NCBI GenBank assembly: GCA_965261885.1
Contig: CBDHDY010000042.1
Span: forward strand, 2,250-66,249
From: Dehalococcoidia bacterium
GTDB lineage: Bacteria; Chloroflexota; Dehalococcoidia; Lucifugimonadales; UBA3495
Direction of reading: 5' to 3'
DNA: 64,000 nt
The notes beneath the pieces were generated by a model. That model saw only the letters and a list, made by a program, of their open reading frames with translations. It was not told the DNA's origin and did no database searches. This document shows, piece by piece, positions 18,868 through 27,227 of the stretch; the stretch's first letter is position 1; every line of letters begins with the position of its first letter. Position numbers and translations under genes: made by a program.

Positions 18868-20838
18868 ATGGAGTTTGCAGCCATGGCGGCGGAAGGAACG
18901 GAAGGTATGCAAGATTCAGAAGCAATTCCTATCAGTGCCATCTTTTCGCTCGAACTGCTGATTTCACCGGAACGAAGGGTCGCAATAGTCAGCCGGGTGC
19001 TGAACGACTTCCAAAACCTGCCGGTGGCCGCCAGGAACACCCTTCGCTCTGCGGTCAACGACGAGATCATCCCCACCACTGGTGGCTTCCGAAGGGGGCA
19101 AGCCGGCCGCGCCCTGGACCGGTCCAGCTTTCTGCTACAGGAGCCTGTATTGCAGGCAGTGGTTTCCTCCAAAGCCCTGGCCGCTGCGGTACTACATTCA
19201 TGGTCCGAGTCCCACTCCCAATTGAAGGAAGCCGTGGAGCGCCACCTGACGGGGCGCGGCCTGACGACTCCGGGACCCGACCTGCCGGAGAAACTGTTTC
19301 GTGGCCACTGGCCAGTGGACCAATGGGAAGTTGAAAGGGAGTCGTTTGCCCAGACCTACGACGGCGATTTCGACCAGGAGGACGTCGCGCTTATGATGTG
19401 CTATGTGTCGGGCAATTTCCCCAAAGCGCCCGACTCTGACACCGGCCAGGGTGTTGCTGTTTCGCTGAATGACGTGTTGTCTGCCTCCCTGTCTCGATTG
19501 AGGGAGTTGCCTGCCACTGCTCCGGATTGGGAACGGGGGATACCCGACTTCATTGCTTCGGTATCCCGCCTGGTTGAGGAGAAAGCCGCCCAGCTGCGTT
19601 GGTCCGAGGAATTCGACGCCATCATCCTGGAAACAAGAGACGCCTACGGCGAATTGCTGGCGTTCTTCGAGTGTGATACCCGTAGATGGGCTGCCGCAAG
19701 GGTATCTCCAGAGGCCGACTCCGCTGCTACACTGAAGTTGGCAGCCAAGTTGAAGGCACAACTGGCCGAATACCTCCCTACGCATGGCCTGGCCCCCAGC
19801 ATCAGTGAGGAGAGGGATAGAAACAGGAAACGCAGCGAGTTGCAGCCGGCTATCCTTGAAACGCTGCAGGCGATCTCATCGCTGATGAACCCTGAATCAG
19901 AGGGTACTGATGAGGAGCCGTTCCTGGTGGAATCGTCAGCGCTGTCCACAAAGAAAGCGAGCACCATGGACGCCCCAGCCGTAGCGACAGAACAGTTGCC
20001 ACACCTTCCTGCCCCGAGTGTCCATGCCCCGAGTGTCCATGCCCCAAGTGTCCATGCCTCAAGCATCGAACCACCCTCTCCGGAACAGGAACCTCCCCAG
20101 GCCACAATGCTTAAGGGAGCCCACTCATCGGTTGAATCAGCCACATTTCCGTCAGCCGTCGCTCTGGATGAAATGCCTGCCGTCAATGTCGCCGAATACA
20201 CTGCGTTACAGTCCGAGAACCTTGGGCTTCGCGACACCGCGCAAGCGCTGCGCTCCGAGAACCAAGACCTCAGAGACGAAGTGGAGTCCCTGAAGACTGA
20301 GCTTTTTACCAGCCAGGAAAGAGAGGATTCATGGCGGTTGGCCTACCGCGCAGTGATGGACGGTTCGCTGGAGGATGTGGGCGTGCCGCCTCCCTTGGTG
20401 GAAAGCGTCCACGACGCCGTCGAGATGGCCAAGAACCAGTTCCGCCAGGAGTTGCTCTTCGCACCCAACTCCGAGTCAAGCGTAGAAGACAACCCCTTCG
20501 TTGACCCGGGGAGAGTATGGGAAGCATTGAAGTGGCTCGCAACCACCTACTACTCCTCCAGGATGGGACGCCTGCGGGTTACTGACTTCGACCAGTCGAT
20601 CAAGGAAGCGTGTGGATGGTGGTACAAGAGCGACCAGGGTGAGACCACCGTTTCCCGGTACAAAGACTCGTACACCACCAGGGTTGATGGCAGGAGATAT
20701 ACGCTGGTAGAACACATAGGCAAGGGCACTACATTCGACGCCAGATACACCATCCGCATCGCCTTCGATTGGGACCGGGACCGCAGGCAGGTCATAGTCG
20801 GCTATTTGGGCCGCCACCAGCAGACCGACGCCAGCTAG
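18868..20838 (+). CDS. Hypothetical large protein with central coiled coil and APSVH tandem repeat
   Basis: The ORF opens at 18757; candidate starts are ATG 18868, 18883 and 18907. The central part has heptad-like ENLGLRDTAQALRSENQDLRDEVESLKTEL. The C-terminus reads HIGKGTTFDARYTIRIAFDWDRDRRQVIVGYLGRH. I recognise no family. Confidence 0.6.
   Translation: MEFAAMAAEGTEGMQDSEAIPISAIFSLELLISPERRVAIVSRVLNDFQNLPVAARNTLRSAVNDEIIPTTGGFRRGQAGRALDRSSFLLQEPVLQAVVSSKALAAAVLHSWSESHSQLKEAVERHLTGRGLTTPGPDLPEKLFRGHWPVDQWEVERESFAQTYDGDFDQEDVALMMCYVSGNFPKAPDSDTGQGVAVSLNDVLSASLSRLRELPATAPDWERGIPDFIASVSRLVEEKAAQLRWSEEFDAIILETRDAYGELLAFFECDTRRWAAARVSPEADSAATLKLAAKLKAQLAEYLPTHGLAPSISEERDRNRKRSELQPAILETLQAISSLMNPESEGTDEEPFLVESSALSTKKASTMDAPAVATEQLPHLPAPSVHAPSVHAPSVHASSIEPPSPEQEPPQATMLKGAHSSVESATFPSAVALDEMPAVNVAEYTALQSENLGLRDTAQALRSENQDLRDEVESLKTELFTSQEREDSWRLAYRAVMDGSLEDVGVPPPLVESVHDAVEMAKNQFRQELLFAPNSESSVEDNPFVDPGRVWEALKWLATTYYSSRMGRLRVTDFDQSIKEACGWWYKSDQGETTVSRYKDSYTTRVDGRRYTLVEHIGKGTTFDARYTIRIAFDWDRDRRQVIVGYLGRHQQTDAS
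20011..20055 (+). repeat. 15-bp in-frame tandem repeat x3 (GCCCCGAGTGTCCAT), encoding APSVH
   Basis: Units lie at 20011-20025, 20026-20040 and 20041-20055 (one G>A change). A degenerate fourth unit follows. Confidence 0.9.
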
Positions 20839-20895
20839 CGGACCTCGAGGGAATTCTGCAAACGGCCATAGCAGCGGCAAACTCGAGGGAATTGG

Positions 20896-20972
20896 TGGTG
20901 GGCGGTGCAGGACTCGAACCTGCGACCCCCTGCGTGTAAAGCAGGTGCTCTAACCAGCTGAGCTAACCACCC
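20896..20972 (-). tRNA. tRNA-Val (anticodon TAC)
   Basis: Reverse complement is GGGTGGTTAGCTCAGCTGGTTAGAGCACCTGCTTTACACGCAGGGGGTCGCAGGTTCGAGTCCTGCACCGCCCACCA. It folds as a cloverleaf with anticodon loop TT-TAC-AC and an encoded CCA. Confidence 0.92.
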
Positions 20973-21101
20973 ATGAGTCCAACCATCATAGTATCGCCGC
21001 CGGTAATCGTAAAGCCCGCCAGGTTCAGCATTCGCGCTTGGGATCCCCTTATAATCAACCCGAACAAGCAGCTTGAATGACGTAAACGGAGGATCAGAAA
21101 G

Positions 21102-22094
21102 ATGTCGCAAGAGCAGCGTCTGATATACGTGGGAATGCACGATGGTGTATGCGCCGTACGCAGCGACGACGGCGGAAAAACATGGCGGCAAGGTCCGGTG
21201 ACGCAACTGCCCCACGCGGCCGCGCGGGTGGCGGTCAGCCCGGTCGACTCGAAGCGGGCGTGGCTGGCCGCCTACGAGGCCGGCGTGTACCGCACCGATG
21301 ACGGCGGCGCAACGTGGACTCACGTCGAGTCCTACCCGTCCGACTACGCCCACAGCGTGTTGGCCGACCCTTCCAAAGCCGACGCCGTTTACGTCGGCAG
21401 TGAACCAGCGGCCCTGTTTCGCTCCGAAGACGCCGGAGCCTCTTGGGAGGAGTGCAGGAGTTTCCAGGATGTACCCGAGTCCGCCAACTGGGGATTCCAC
21501 GCGCCCACCCGCGACTCCCACATCCGCGACATGGATGTCTCGCCCGGCGACTCCAATCTGCTATACGCGGGCATAGAGGTCGGTGGCGTGGTGCGATCAT
21601 CGGACGGCGGAGCCACGTGGCAGCAGCTGCCCGGCCTTGACGACGACATCCACTGCCTGCATCTCGGCACCGATAATCAGCAGCGAGTCTACGTGGCCAC
21701 TGCCAGCGCCCCCTTCCGCAGTAACAATGGCGGGGACGAATGGGAGCAGATCAACGAAGGCCTCGCCCGCCGCTACACCCTCCACATCGCTGCCGCTCCC
21801 GATAATGCCGACCAGGTGCTGGTGACCGTGTCGGAGAACGCCCGCCGCAAGTCGCCCCAGTTCTACCGCTCCGCCGATGGCGGCCAGACGTGGAAGCTGG
21901 TGGAAGGCCTGGGCGAAGGCGAGGAGCCCGAATCCATGGTGGTCGCCTTCGAGTGGGACCCATCATCGTCCGACGACGTCTACGCCGGCACAGACGGAGG
22001 CAATCTCTACCACAGCCCCGACAGCGGGCAGACGTGGCAACAGCTGCCGGTCACCCTGCCGTCCATCGCGGTGGGAGCGCTGGCGGTGGCGTAG
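21102..22094 (+). CDS. BNR/Asp-box repeat beta-propeller protein (Ycf48/sialidase-like fold)
   Basis: Repeated S/T-x-D-G-G-x-T-W motifs (SDDGGKTW, TDDGGATW, SEDAGASW, SSDGGATW, SNNGGDEW, SADGGQTW, SPDSGQTW). Confidence 0.8.
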   Translation: MSQEQRLIYVGMHDGVCAVRSDDGGKTWRQGPVTQLPHAAARVAVSPVDSKRAWLAAYEAGVYRTDDGGATWTHVESYPSDYAHSVLADPSKADAVYVGSEPAALFRSEDAGASWEECRSFQDVPESANWGFHAPTRDSHIRDMDVSPGDSNLLYAGIEVGGVVRSSDGGATWQQLPGLDDDIHCLHLGTDNQQRVYVATASAPFRSNNGGDEWEQINEGLARRYTLHIAAAPDNADQVLVTVSENARRKSPQFYRSADGGQTWKLVEGLGEGEEPESMVVAFEWDPSSSDDVYAGTDGGNLYHSPDSGQTWQQLPVTLPSIAVGALAVA

Positions 22095-22157
22095 CCTTTC
22101 CTCCACCCGCGTAGGGAAAATGTGAGGTTGCCCTTGGTTTCTTTGACCAACACATGA

Positions 22158-23192
22158 CTATTCGCCGGACATTCTGACTTCTTCGACGGCGTCAGCAATG
22201 CTCTTCAGGCTGTCGACGACGCCGTTGAGGATTTCTGGGTATTCCACTTCTCTTTTCAGAACTACCGGAACCCAGTAGGAATCTTGTAGGTCTAACTTGT
22301 CGGCCAGTTCGGTCGCTATGGGTTGAAAGCTGTACTCCGAATTCACCCAAAGAGGAGTATCGCCGGTCATTTCGAACCGATCAACGTTGACGCCGAACCA
22401 AACGACAGCGCCACGAAGTCTGATATACCGTCCGTATCCGTAGCTTCGCGGGGTTGCTCTTAAACCTTTCCGATCCACCCATCCTTGCCCGATACCTCTT
22501 TCGGTAGCTTCATCAATCAGTTGCTTGAATAGGGAATTTCGAGCTTCGGAATGTTTCCCAAGTTTCTCGCCCTGACCAATAGGTTTTATCTCTCCGGTAT
22601 AGGCAAACTTAGCGAGACTGCGCAATTGGCGAATTTCGGTTTCAAAACCAGTTTCTCCGTCATCCCTGGTCCTAGCAGCCATACCGTCTAGAAGACCTCC
22701 CCAACTCGAGATCATCAAGTGCCGCTGTGTGTCCCCTACACGGACACATTTGCGTTCTGAATCAATGATTGTCAATTCGCCATACTTCCCCTTTATACGG
22801 TCACACAGCTCGGGCCATAGCCACTGAATTCTCTCTTCTGGAGCCAGGAATACTAAGACCGCCGGACCGTCATCAGGTAGACGATCTAGATAATCGTTGG
22901 GCTGCCTAGGAGTGAGTTCTGCCCGGAACTTTGCTTCGACCAACACCCGCTCCCTGTTGTCCTCGTCAATGCCAACCAAGTCAGGACGTGTACCATCTGG
23001 AGCCGATACCTGCGTTTTCACAGTAGTTATTGGCTTTACTTCTCTCACACCGGACCGGACAATATCATTTAGAGCTTCCATAGAAGCATTCGAGCGATTG
23101 AGAATGTGCCACAGTGCTTCTGTAGCAATGTTTTCTGTATTCCCTGGGAAACTAGATACCAAGTAAGATAGCAAAGTATCGCTTTCAGGCAT
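22158..23192 (-). CDS. Hypothetical protein with N-terminal PD-(D/E)xK-like nuclease motif
   Basis: 344 aa, lower GC than the flanks. TRPDLVGIDEDNRERVLVEAKFRAELT fits the D...E-x-K pattern. Its start is 7 nt after the upstream stop, with GAGGAAA as RBS. Confidence 0.6.
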   Translation of the reverse strand: MPESDTLLSYLVSSFPGNTENIATEALWHILNRSNASMEALNDIVRSGVREVKPITTVKTQVSAPDGTRPDLVGIDEDNRERVLVEAKFRAELTPRQPNDYLDRLPDDGPAVLVFLAPEERIQWLWPELCDRIKGKYGELTIIDSERKCVRVGDTQRHLMISSWGGLLDGMAARTRDDGETGFETEIRQLRSLAKFAYTGEIKPIGQGEKLGKHSEARNSLFKQLIDEATERGIGQGWVDRKGLRATPRSYGYGRYIRLRGAVVWFGVNVDRFEMTGDTPLWVNSEYSFQPIATELADKLDLQDSYWVPVVLKREVEYPEILNGVVDSLKSIADAVEEVRMSGE

Positions 23193-23199
23193 GATTTCC

Positions 23200-23595
23200 T
23201 CAGTTTATCCCTTGACTCTGGTAATTTTGATACGGCGGGTTCACCGGATAGTCCTCGCGCCTCCCGGTGTCCCCCGGTTGGATGATGAAATCCCTGCGGT
23301 CCTTATAGAGACGAGCACGGTTGATGACATAATCTCCCTCGTCGTTGTAGGGATCAATGTCGCTAAAATCGGTCATCAGCCAGTACTTGTACTCACCGAT
23401 GAAAAGGTAGGTATTGTTCATCCGGAAGAAGCGGCAGGCGACGCCTTCTCCGGCACGATAACGGCCGCAGATGACGTCCAGCAGTTCCCGCTGATCGTCC
23501 TTTTCAGTCAGAACGTACTCGTGGGGCCAGGTTTCCCGATAAGTCACAGCCACTCGCCATGGGGCGCGGTCAATGAGTTCCTTCAACGTCGGCAT
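23200..23595 (-). CDS. Hypothetical 131-aa protein
   Basis: ORF lies 5 nt after the enoyl-CoA hydratase stop and 7 nt before the next start. It contains YRETWPHEYVL. No family recognised. Confidence 0.55.
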   Translation of the reverse strand: MPTLKELIDRAPWRVAVTYRETWPHEYVLTEKDDQRELLDVICGRYRAGEGVACRFFRMNNTYLFIGEYKYWLMTDFSDIDPYNDEGDYVINRARLYKDRRDFIIQPGDTGRREDYPVNPPYQNYQSQGIN

Positions 23596-23600
23596 GCTGC

Positions 23601-24488
23601 CTACCGCCCCCGGAACACCGGCGCGCGCTTCTCCAGGAACGCCCGCCGCGCCTCGTCGGCATCGTTCGAGCCGTTTAGGATGCCGCCGGCATTGGACGTT
23701 AGCACCATGGTGTTTTCCAGGCTAGTGTCCATGGCAGTCCGCATGATGCGCTTGCTGATCCACTGCACCATCGGCGGCGTCCGCATGATGCGGTCGCAGA
23801 GGTCGCGAGTGGTCTGCTCCAGCTCCTCGCTGGAAACCAGGTAGTTCAGCAGCCCCCAGTCGTAGGCTCGCTGCGCGTCCAGATGCCCAGTGTAAGCGAA
23901 CTCCAGCGCCCGTCCCAGGCCGGCCATCTTCGGCAGGTAGTAGCTGCCGCCGTTCTCGATGATCTGCCCCAGCTGCTGGTAGCCTATGAATCGCGTGTTT
24001 TCGCAGCCGACCCGGATGTCGCAGTGCAGCGCCATATCCATACCGGAGCCCACGGCAGGGCCGTTGATCATGGCGACGGTTGGCTTGCGGATAAGCGAGA
24101 TGTCGCGGTGCAGGTGCGTGAACCCGTGGAAGAAGTGCTGCCTGGCAGCGTCCGGACCCTCCTCCGTGCCCCGGTTGCCGATGAAGTTATCGCCGGTGGT
24201 CGACGGGTCGTTGTCGCGTCGCATGTCCGCACCCGAACAGAACCCGCGCCCCACGCCGGTCAGCACGATCACCCGTATGTTGGGATCGTCGTCACCGGCC
24301 CGCATGTACTCACCGACCTTGGCGACCGTGCCATGCTCTTGCGAGTTGCCGATCAGCGCGTTCATCCGCTCCGGCCGGTTGAACTTGATCCACAGGATGC
24401 CCGATTCCTCCGGCTCGTACAGCAAGTAGTCCACCAGCTCGGGTCCATTCCCGGTTCCGCCCATCTCCAAAGGACTCTCGTTACTCAT
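23601..24488 (-). CDS. Enoyl-CoA hydratase/isomerase (crotonase) family protein
   Basis: ILWIKFNRPERMNAL..VIVLTGVGRGFCSGADM..AMINGPAVGSGMD. The ATG at 24488 has an AGAAGAGG RBS; the track ORF extends to 24548. Confidence 0.88.
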   Translation of the reverse strand: MSNESPLEMGGTGNGPELVDYLLYEPEESGILWIKFNRPERMNALIGNSQEHGTVAKVGEYMRAGDDDPNIRVIVLTGVGRGFCSGADMRRDNDPSTTGDNFIGNRGTEEGPDAARQHFFHGFTHLHRDISLIRKPTVAMINGPAVGSGMDMALHCDIRVGCENTRFIGYQQLGQIIENGGSYYLPKMAGLGRALEFAYTGHLDAQRAYDWGLLNYLVSSEELEQTTRDLCDRIMRTPPMVQWISKRIMRTAMDTSLENTMVLTSNAGGILNGSNDADEARRAFLEKRAPVFRGR

Positions 24489-24645
24489 TTTTCGACCTCT
24501 TCTTGCTTTGGATGTGTTTGGTTCGAAGAGCACCAGGGTCAGGTGCACCCCAAATGCCGACCAAAGAAGTCACCCCCGCAGTGGCGGGGGCGGCTTTTTG
24601 GGGGAAAACTGTCAATTGACCTTGGCGACGCATGAGTTGGTGCCT

Positions 24646-25449
24646 CTAAGGCCGGAAGCTGATGAGGTGCATTCCCGAGTCGATCATTATCGTCTCGCCG
24701 GTCACGTGGCCTGCGGCCTCCAGCAGCCAGACCACAGTTTCGGCGACGCTTTCGGCCGTCGGCGCCTCCTGCAAGGGGACCTGCCGCTCGAAACTCTCAA
24801 ACAACCTCTTCGCCCCCTCTTCACCAAGGCCATCACCCCACCAGCGCGTCGGGATTGGGCCGGGACAAACGGCGTTCACCCTAATCTCCGGCGCCAGCGA
24901 CCGCGCCAGCCCGATGGTCATGGTGTTGAGGGCCGACTTTGACGCCGCATACGCTATCGAGCTGCCCCCACCGGTGATCGCCGATATTGACGAGACGTTG
25001 ACGATTGACCCTGCTCCCTGCGCCCTCAGGGTCGGAGTCACCGCTCGTATCATCTGGTAGGCGCCCACCACATTGACCGCGTATATATTAAGGAAGTCCT
25101 CGCCAGACAGTGATTCCAGGTCGGTGGCGCTGGCGAATACCGACGACCCGGCGTTGTTCACCAGACCGTCGATGCGCCCCCATTGCTCCAGGGCAACGGC
25201 GGCCATGCGCCGGCAGTCGGCGTCGTCGGCCACGTTGCCTTGACATAATACGGCGTCCCCGCCGAGGTCCCTGCACGCCCGCGCCGTCTCTTTGGCGTCC
25301 GCCTCGCTCTTGGTGTAATTGATCACGACCCTGGCGCCCTTCGACGCGGCGATACGGGCCGTAGCAGCACCCAGCCCGTTCGACGAGCCGGTAACGATAA
25401 TCACTGAACCGTCCAGTTTCACCTTCGCCTCCCAGCGAATGCCCGGCAA
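24646..25449 (-). CDS. SDR family oxidoreductase
   Basis: IIVTGSSNGLGAA (TGxxxGxG), NNAG, and the YAASK catalytic motif. Confidence 0.88.
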   Translation of the reverse strand: MPGIRWEAKVKLDGSVIIVTGSSNGLGAATARIAASKGARVVINYTKSEADAKETARACRDLGGDAVLCQGNVADDADCRRMAAVALEQWGRIDGLVNNAGSSVFASATDLESLSGEDFLNIYAVNVVGAYQMIRAVTPTLRAQGAGSIVNVSSISAITGGGSSIAYAASKSALNTMTIGLARSLAPEIRVNAVCPGPIPTRWWGDGLGEEGAKRLFESFERQVPLQEAPTAESVAETVVWLLEAAGHVTGETIMIDSGMHLISFRP

Positions 25450-25552
25450 TCATCCAGGCACTACAAAGATGAAGTAATATGACACAAAATAGGGCCATCC
25501 GGCCCGCGACGGCAGTATAGCACGGGCAATCCTAACCGACCCGGAGGACGAA

Positions 25553-26386
25553 ATGGCAGCAACCATCGGCGCAGGAGAGTTCAGGTACGAGTACCAGCCC
25601 GGCTGGGCCAGGCTGCTCAGTGGGATGACGCTCCAGGGACCCAGCGGCGTGGCGGTCGACTCCACTGACCATGTGTACGTGTTTCAAAGGCAGGGCCCTG
25701 CGGTGCTGAAGTTCGACCGTGGCGGCAGCATTCAGGGGGTGTGGCAGAGACAGGATGGCGTGCCCGCCGACGCCCATCACATCCACGTCGGCCCCGACGA
25801 CACCGTGTACCTGACCGACCGCGACGCCCACCAGGTGCTGATGTACGACACCGCCGGCCACTTGCTTCGCTCGCTGGGAACGCGGGACCAGGCGGCCATG
25901 CAGGCTCCCTTCAACCACCCGGCCGACGTCTGCGTGGCGCCGTCGGGGGAGCTGTACGTCGCCGATGGCTACGGCAACTCCAGCGTCCACCGGTTCAGTG
26001 CTACGGGAGATTACATAACAAGCTTCGGCAGCCCCGGCAGCGGGCCCGGGCAGTTCCGCGTGCCCCACAGCATCCGCGTGTCCCAGGACAGCCGGGTCTA
26101 CGTTGCCGACCGGGAAAACCACCGGGTGCAGGTGTTCACGTCAGAGGGAGATTTTCTGGCCGAGTGGACTGATTTCAAGTGCCCTATGGGAGTGCACATC
26201 GACGCGAACCAGGTGGTCTACGTAACGGACCAGATCCCCCGCATCAGCATGTACACCCTCGACGGCGAGTTGCTGGCACGTGGACGGACTTTCGAAGGGG
26301 CCCATCAGGTCTACACCGACTCCGAGGGAAGCATCTACGGCATAGACACAGCCAACCAGCGGGTGCAAAAGCTCCAGAAACTTTAG
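25553..26386 (+). CDS. NHL-repeat six-bladed beta-propeller protein (peptidyl-alpha-hydroxyglycine lyase-like)
   Basis: Repeated motifs ...VYVADxxNHRVQVF / PSGVAVD / HSIRVS. 277 aa. Confidence 0.75.
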   Translation: MAATIGAGEFRYEYQPGWARLLSGMTLQGPSGVAVDSTDHVYVFQRQGPAVLKFDRGGSIQGVWQRQDGVPADAHHIHVGPDDTVYLTDRDAHQVLMYDTAGHLLRSLGTRDQAAMQAPFNHPADVCVAPSGELYVADGYGNSSVHRFSATGDYITSFGSPGSGPGQFRVPHSIRVSQDSRVYVADRENHRVQVFTSEGDFLAEWTDFKCPMGVHIDANQVVYVTDQIPRISMYTLDGELLARGRTFEGAHQVYTDSEGSIYGIDTANQRVQKLQKL

Positions 26387-26453
26387 CTGATTCCGAGCAT
26401 ATCCATACCAACCATCGTTGCCTGCACCCTAAGTCCGCTGACCGTACTCACCT

Positions 26454-26477
26454 GGATTCCCGCTTCCGCGGGAATCC
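26454..26477 (+). terminator. Hairpin downstream of the NHL gene
   Basis: GGATTCCCGC-TTCC-GCGGGAATCC (10-bp perfect stem). There is no T-tract, so terminator function is uncertain. Confidence 0.35.
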
Positions 26478-26656
26478 CAGGACTCTACGCCGCATGATGA
26501 CAGAAATCGCAAAGGGCTGGAACTCAGTCAATCGGGTCTCAGATGGGAAACGTACAGCGAGCCAACGGCGGACAGGGGTTGAAAAGAAACCGAGACCCTC
26601 GGAGCCGTCGCGTCACAGGCAATAAGGGTTGAGGGTCAGGAGAAGGGGAAAAGAAA

Positions 26657-26732
26657 TGGTGCGCTTGGCGAGATTCGAACTCACGGCCTCTGCCTCCGCA
26701 GGGCAGCGCTCTATCCACTGAGCTACAAGCGC
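26657..26732 (-). tRNA. tRNA-Arg (anticodon GCG)
   Basis: Reverse complement is GCGCTTGTAGCTCAGTGGATAGAGCGCTGCCCTGCGGAGGCAGAGGCCGTGAGTTCGAATCTCGCCAAGCGCACCA. Anticodon stem is CTGCC/GGCAG and the loop is CT-GCG-GA. Confidence 0.88.
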
Positions 26733-26766
26733 ACGATGGGTGCCGTTGGGCCAGCTTCGCTGGAGT

Positions 26767-26852
26767 TGGTGCCGAGGGAGGGATTTGAACCCACACATCC
26801 GTAAGGATACTGCGCCCTGAACGCAGCGCGTCTGCCGTTCCGCCACCTCGGC
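26767..26852 (-). tRNA. tRNA-Leu (anticodon CAG), long variable arm
   Basis: Reverse complement is GCCGAGGTGGCGGAACGGCAGACGCGCTGCGTTCAGGGCGCAGTATCCTTACGGATGTGTGGGTTCAAATCCCTCCCTCGGCACCA. The loop is TT-CAG-GG. There is one U-U mismatch in the T-stem. Confidence 0.85.
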
Positions 26853-26898
26853 CCGGGGAGCCCGGGCCGCCGCCCGGTTCTCGGAGTCCCTTACGACA

Positions 26899-26975
26899 TG
26901 GTGGGCGATGGAGGACTTGAACCTCCGACCTCCTCGGTGTGAACGAGGCGCTCTGACCAACTGAGCTAACCGCCC
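26899..26975 (-). tRNA. tRNA-Val (anticodon CAC)
   Basis: Reverse complement is GGGCGGTTAGCTCAGTTGGTCAGAGCGCCTCGTTCACACCGAGGAGGTCGGAGGTTCAAGTCCTCCATCGCCCACCA. The loop is TT-CAC-AC. Confidence 0.92.
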
Positions 26976-27227
26976 GCGTTCGGGACAAGAATCAATTATA
27001 GGGAAGCCGCCACCACCGGCGCAACCCTGCCGCCAACGAAATCCGCCGCCTCGCCGCAGGAGATCCTGGAGCGGCTCCCCAGCAAGCGCACTGCGGGAGG
27101 TTCGCTGATAAGCGATATTATGTCAAAAAGCCCAAAAATCCGCCTCTGTCGAACATAACGTATCTTGTGCGAACCAACTTGTCATTGCATTTTTGTCCAG
27201 TGACCACGAGTACGTTGCCACATACCC

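Noticed and set aside
20011-20055. Possible CRISPR-like or minisatellite array
   Set aside because: It has only three 15-bp units with no spacers, and it is in frame inside a coding sequence. It is a coding tandem repeat, not a CRISPR.
18757-23595. Integrative island or prophage at tRNA-Val(TAC)
   Set aside because: The window has no integrase, recombinase or phage structural gene. I found no direct repeat of the tRNA 3' end on either side, so only compositional hints remain.
26539-26988. 149-aa and 115-aa minus-strand ORFs
   Set aside because: They read straight through three tRNA genes (Arg, Leu, Val). The tRNA cloverleaves explain the sequence.
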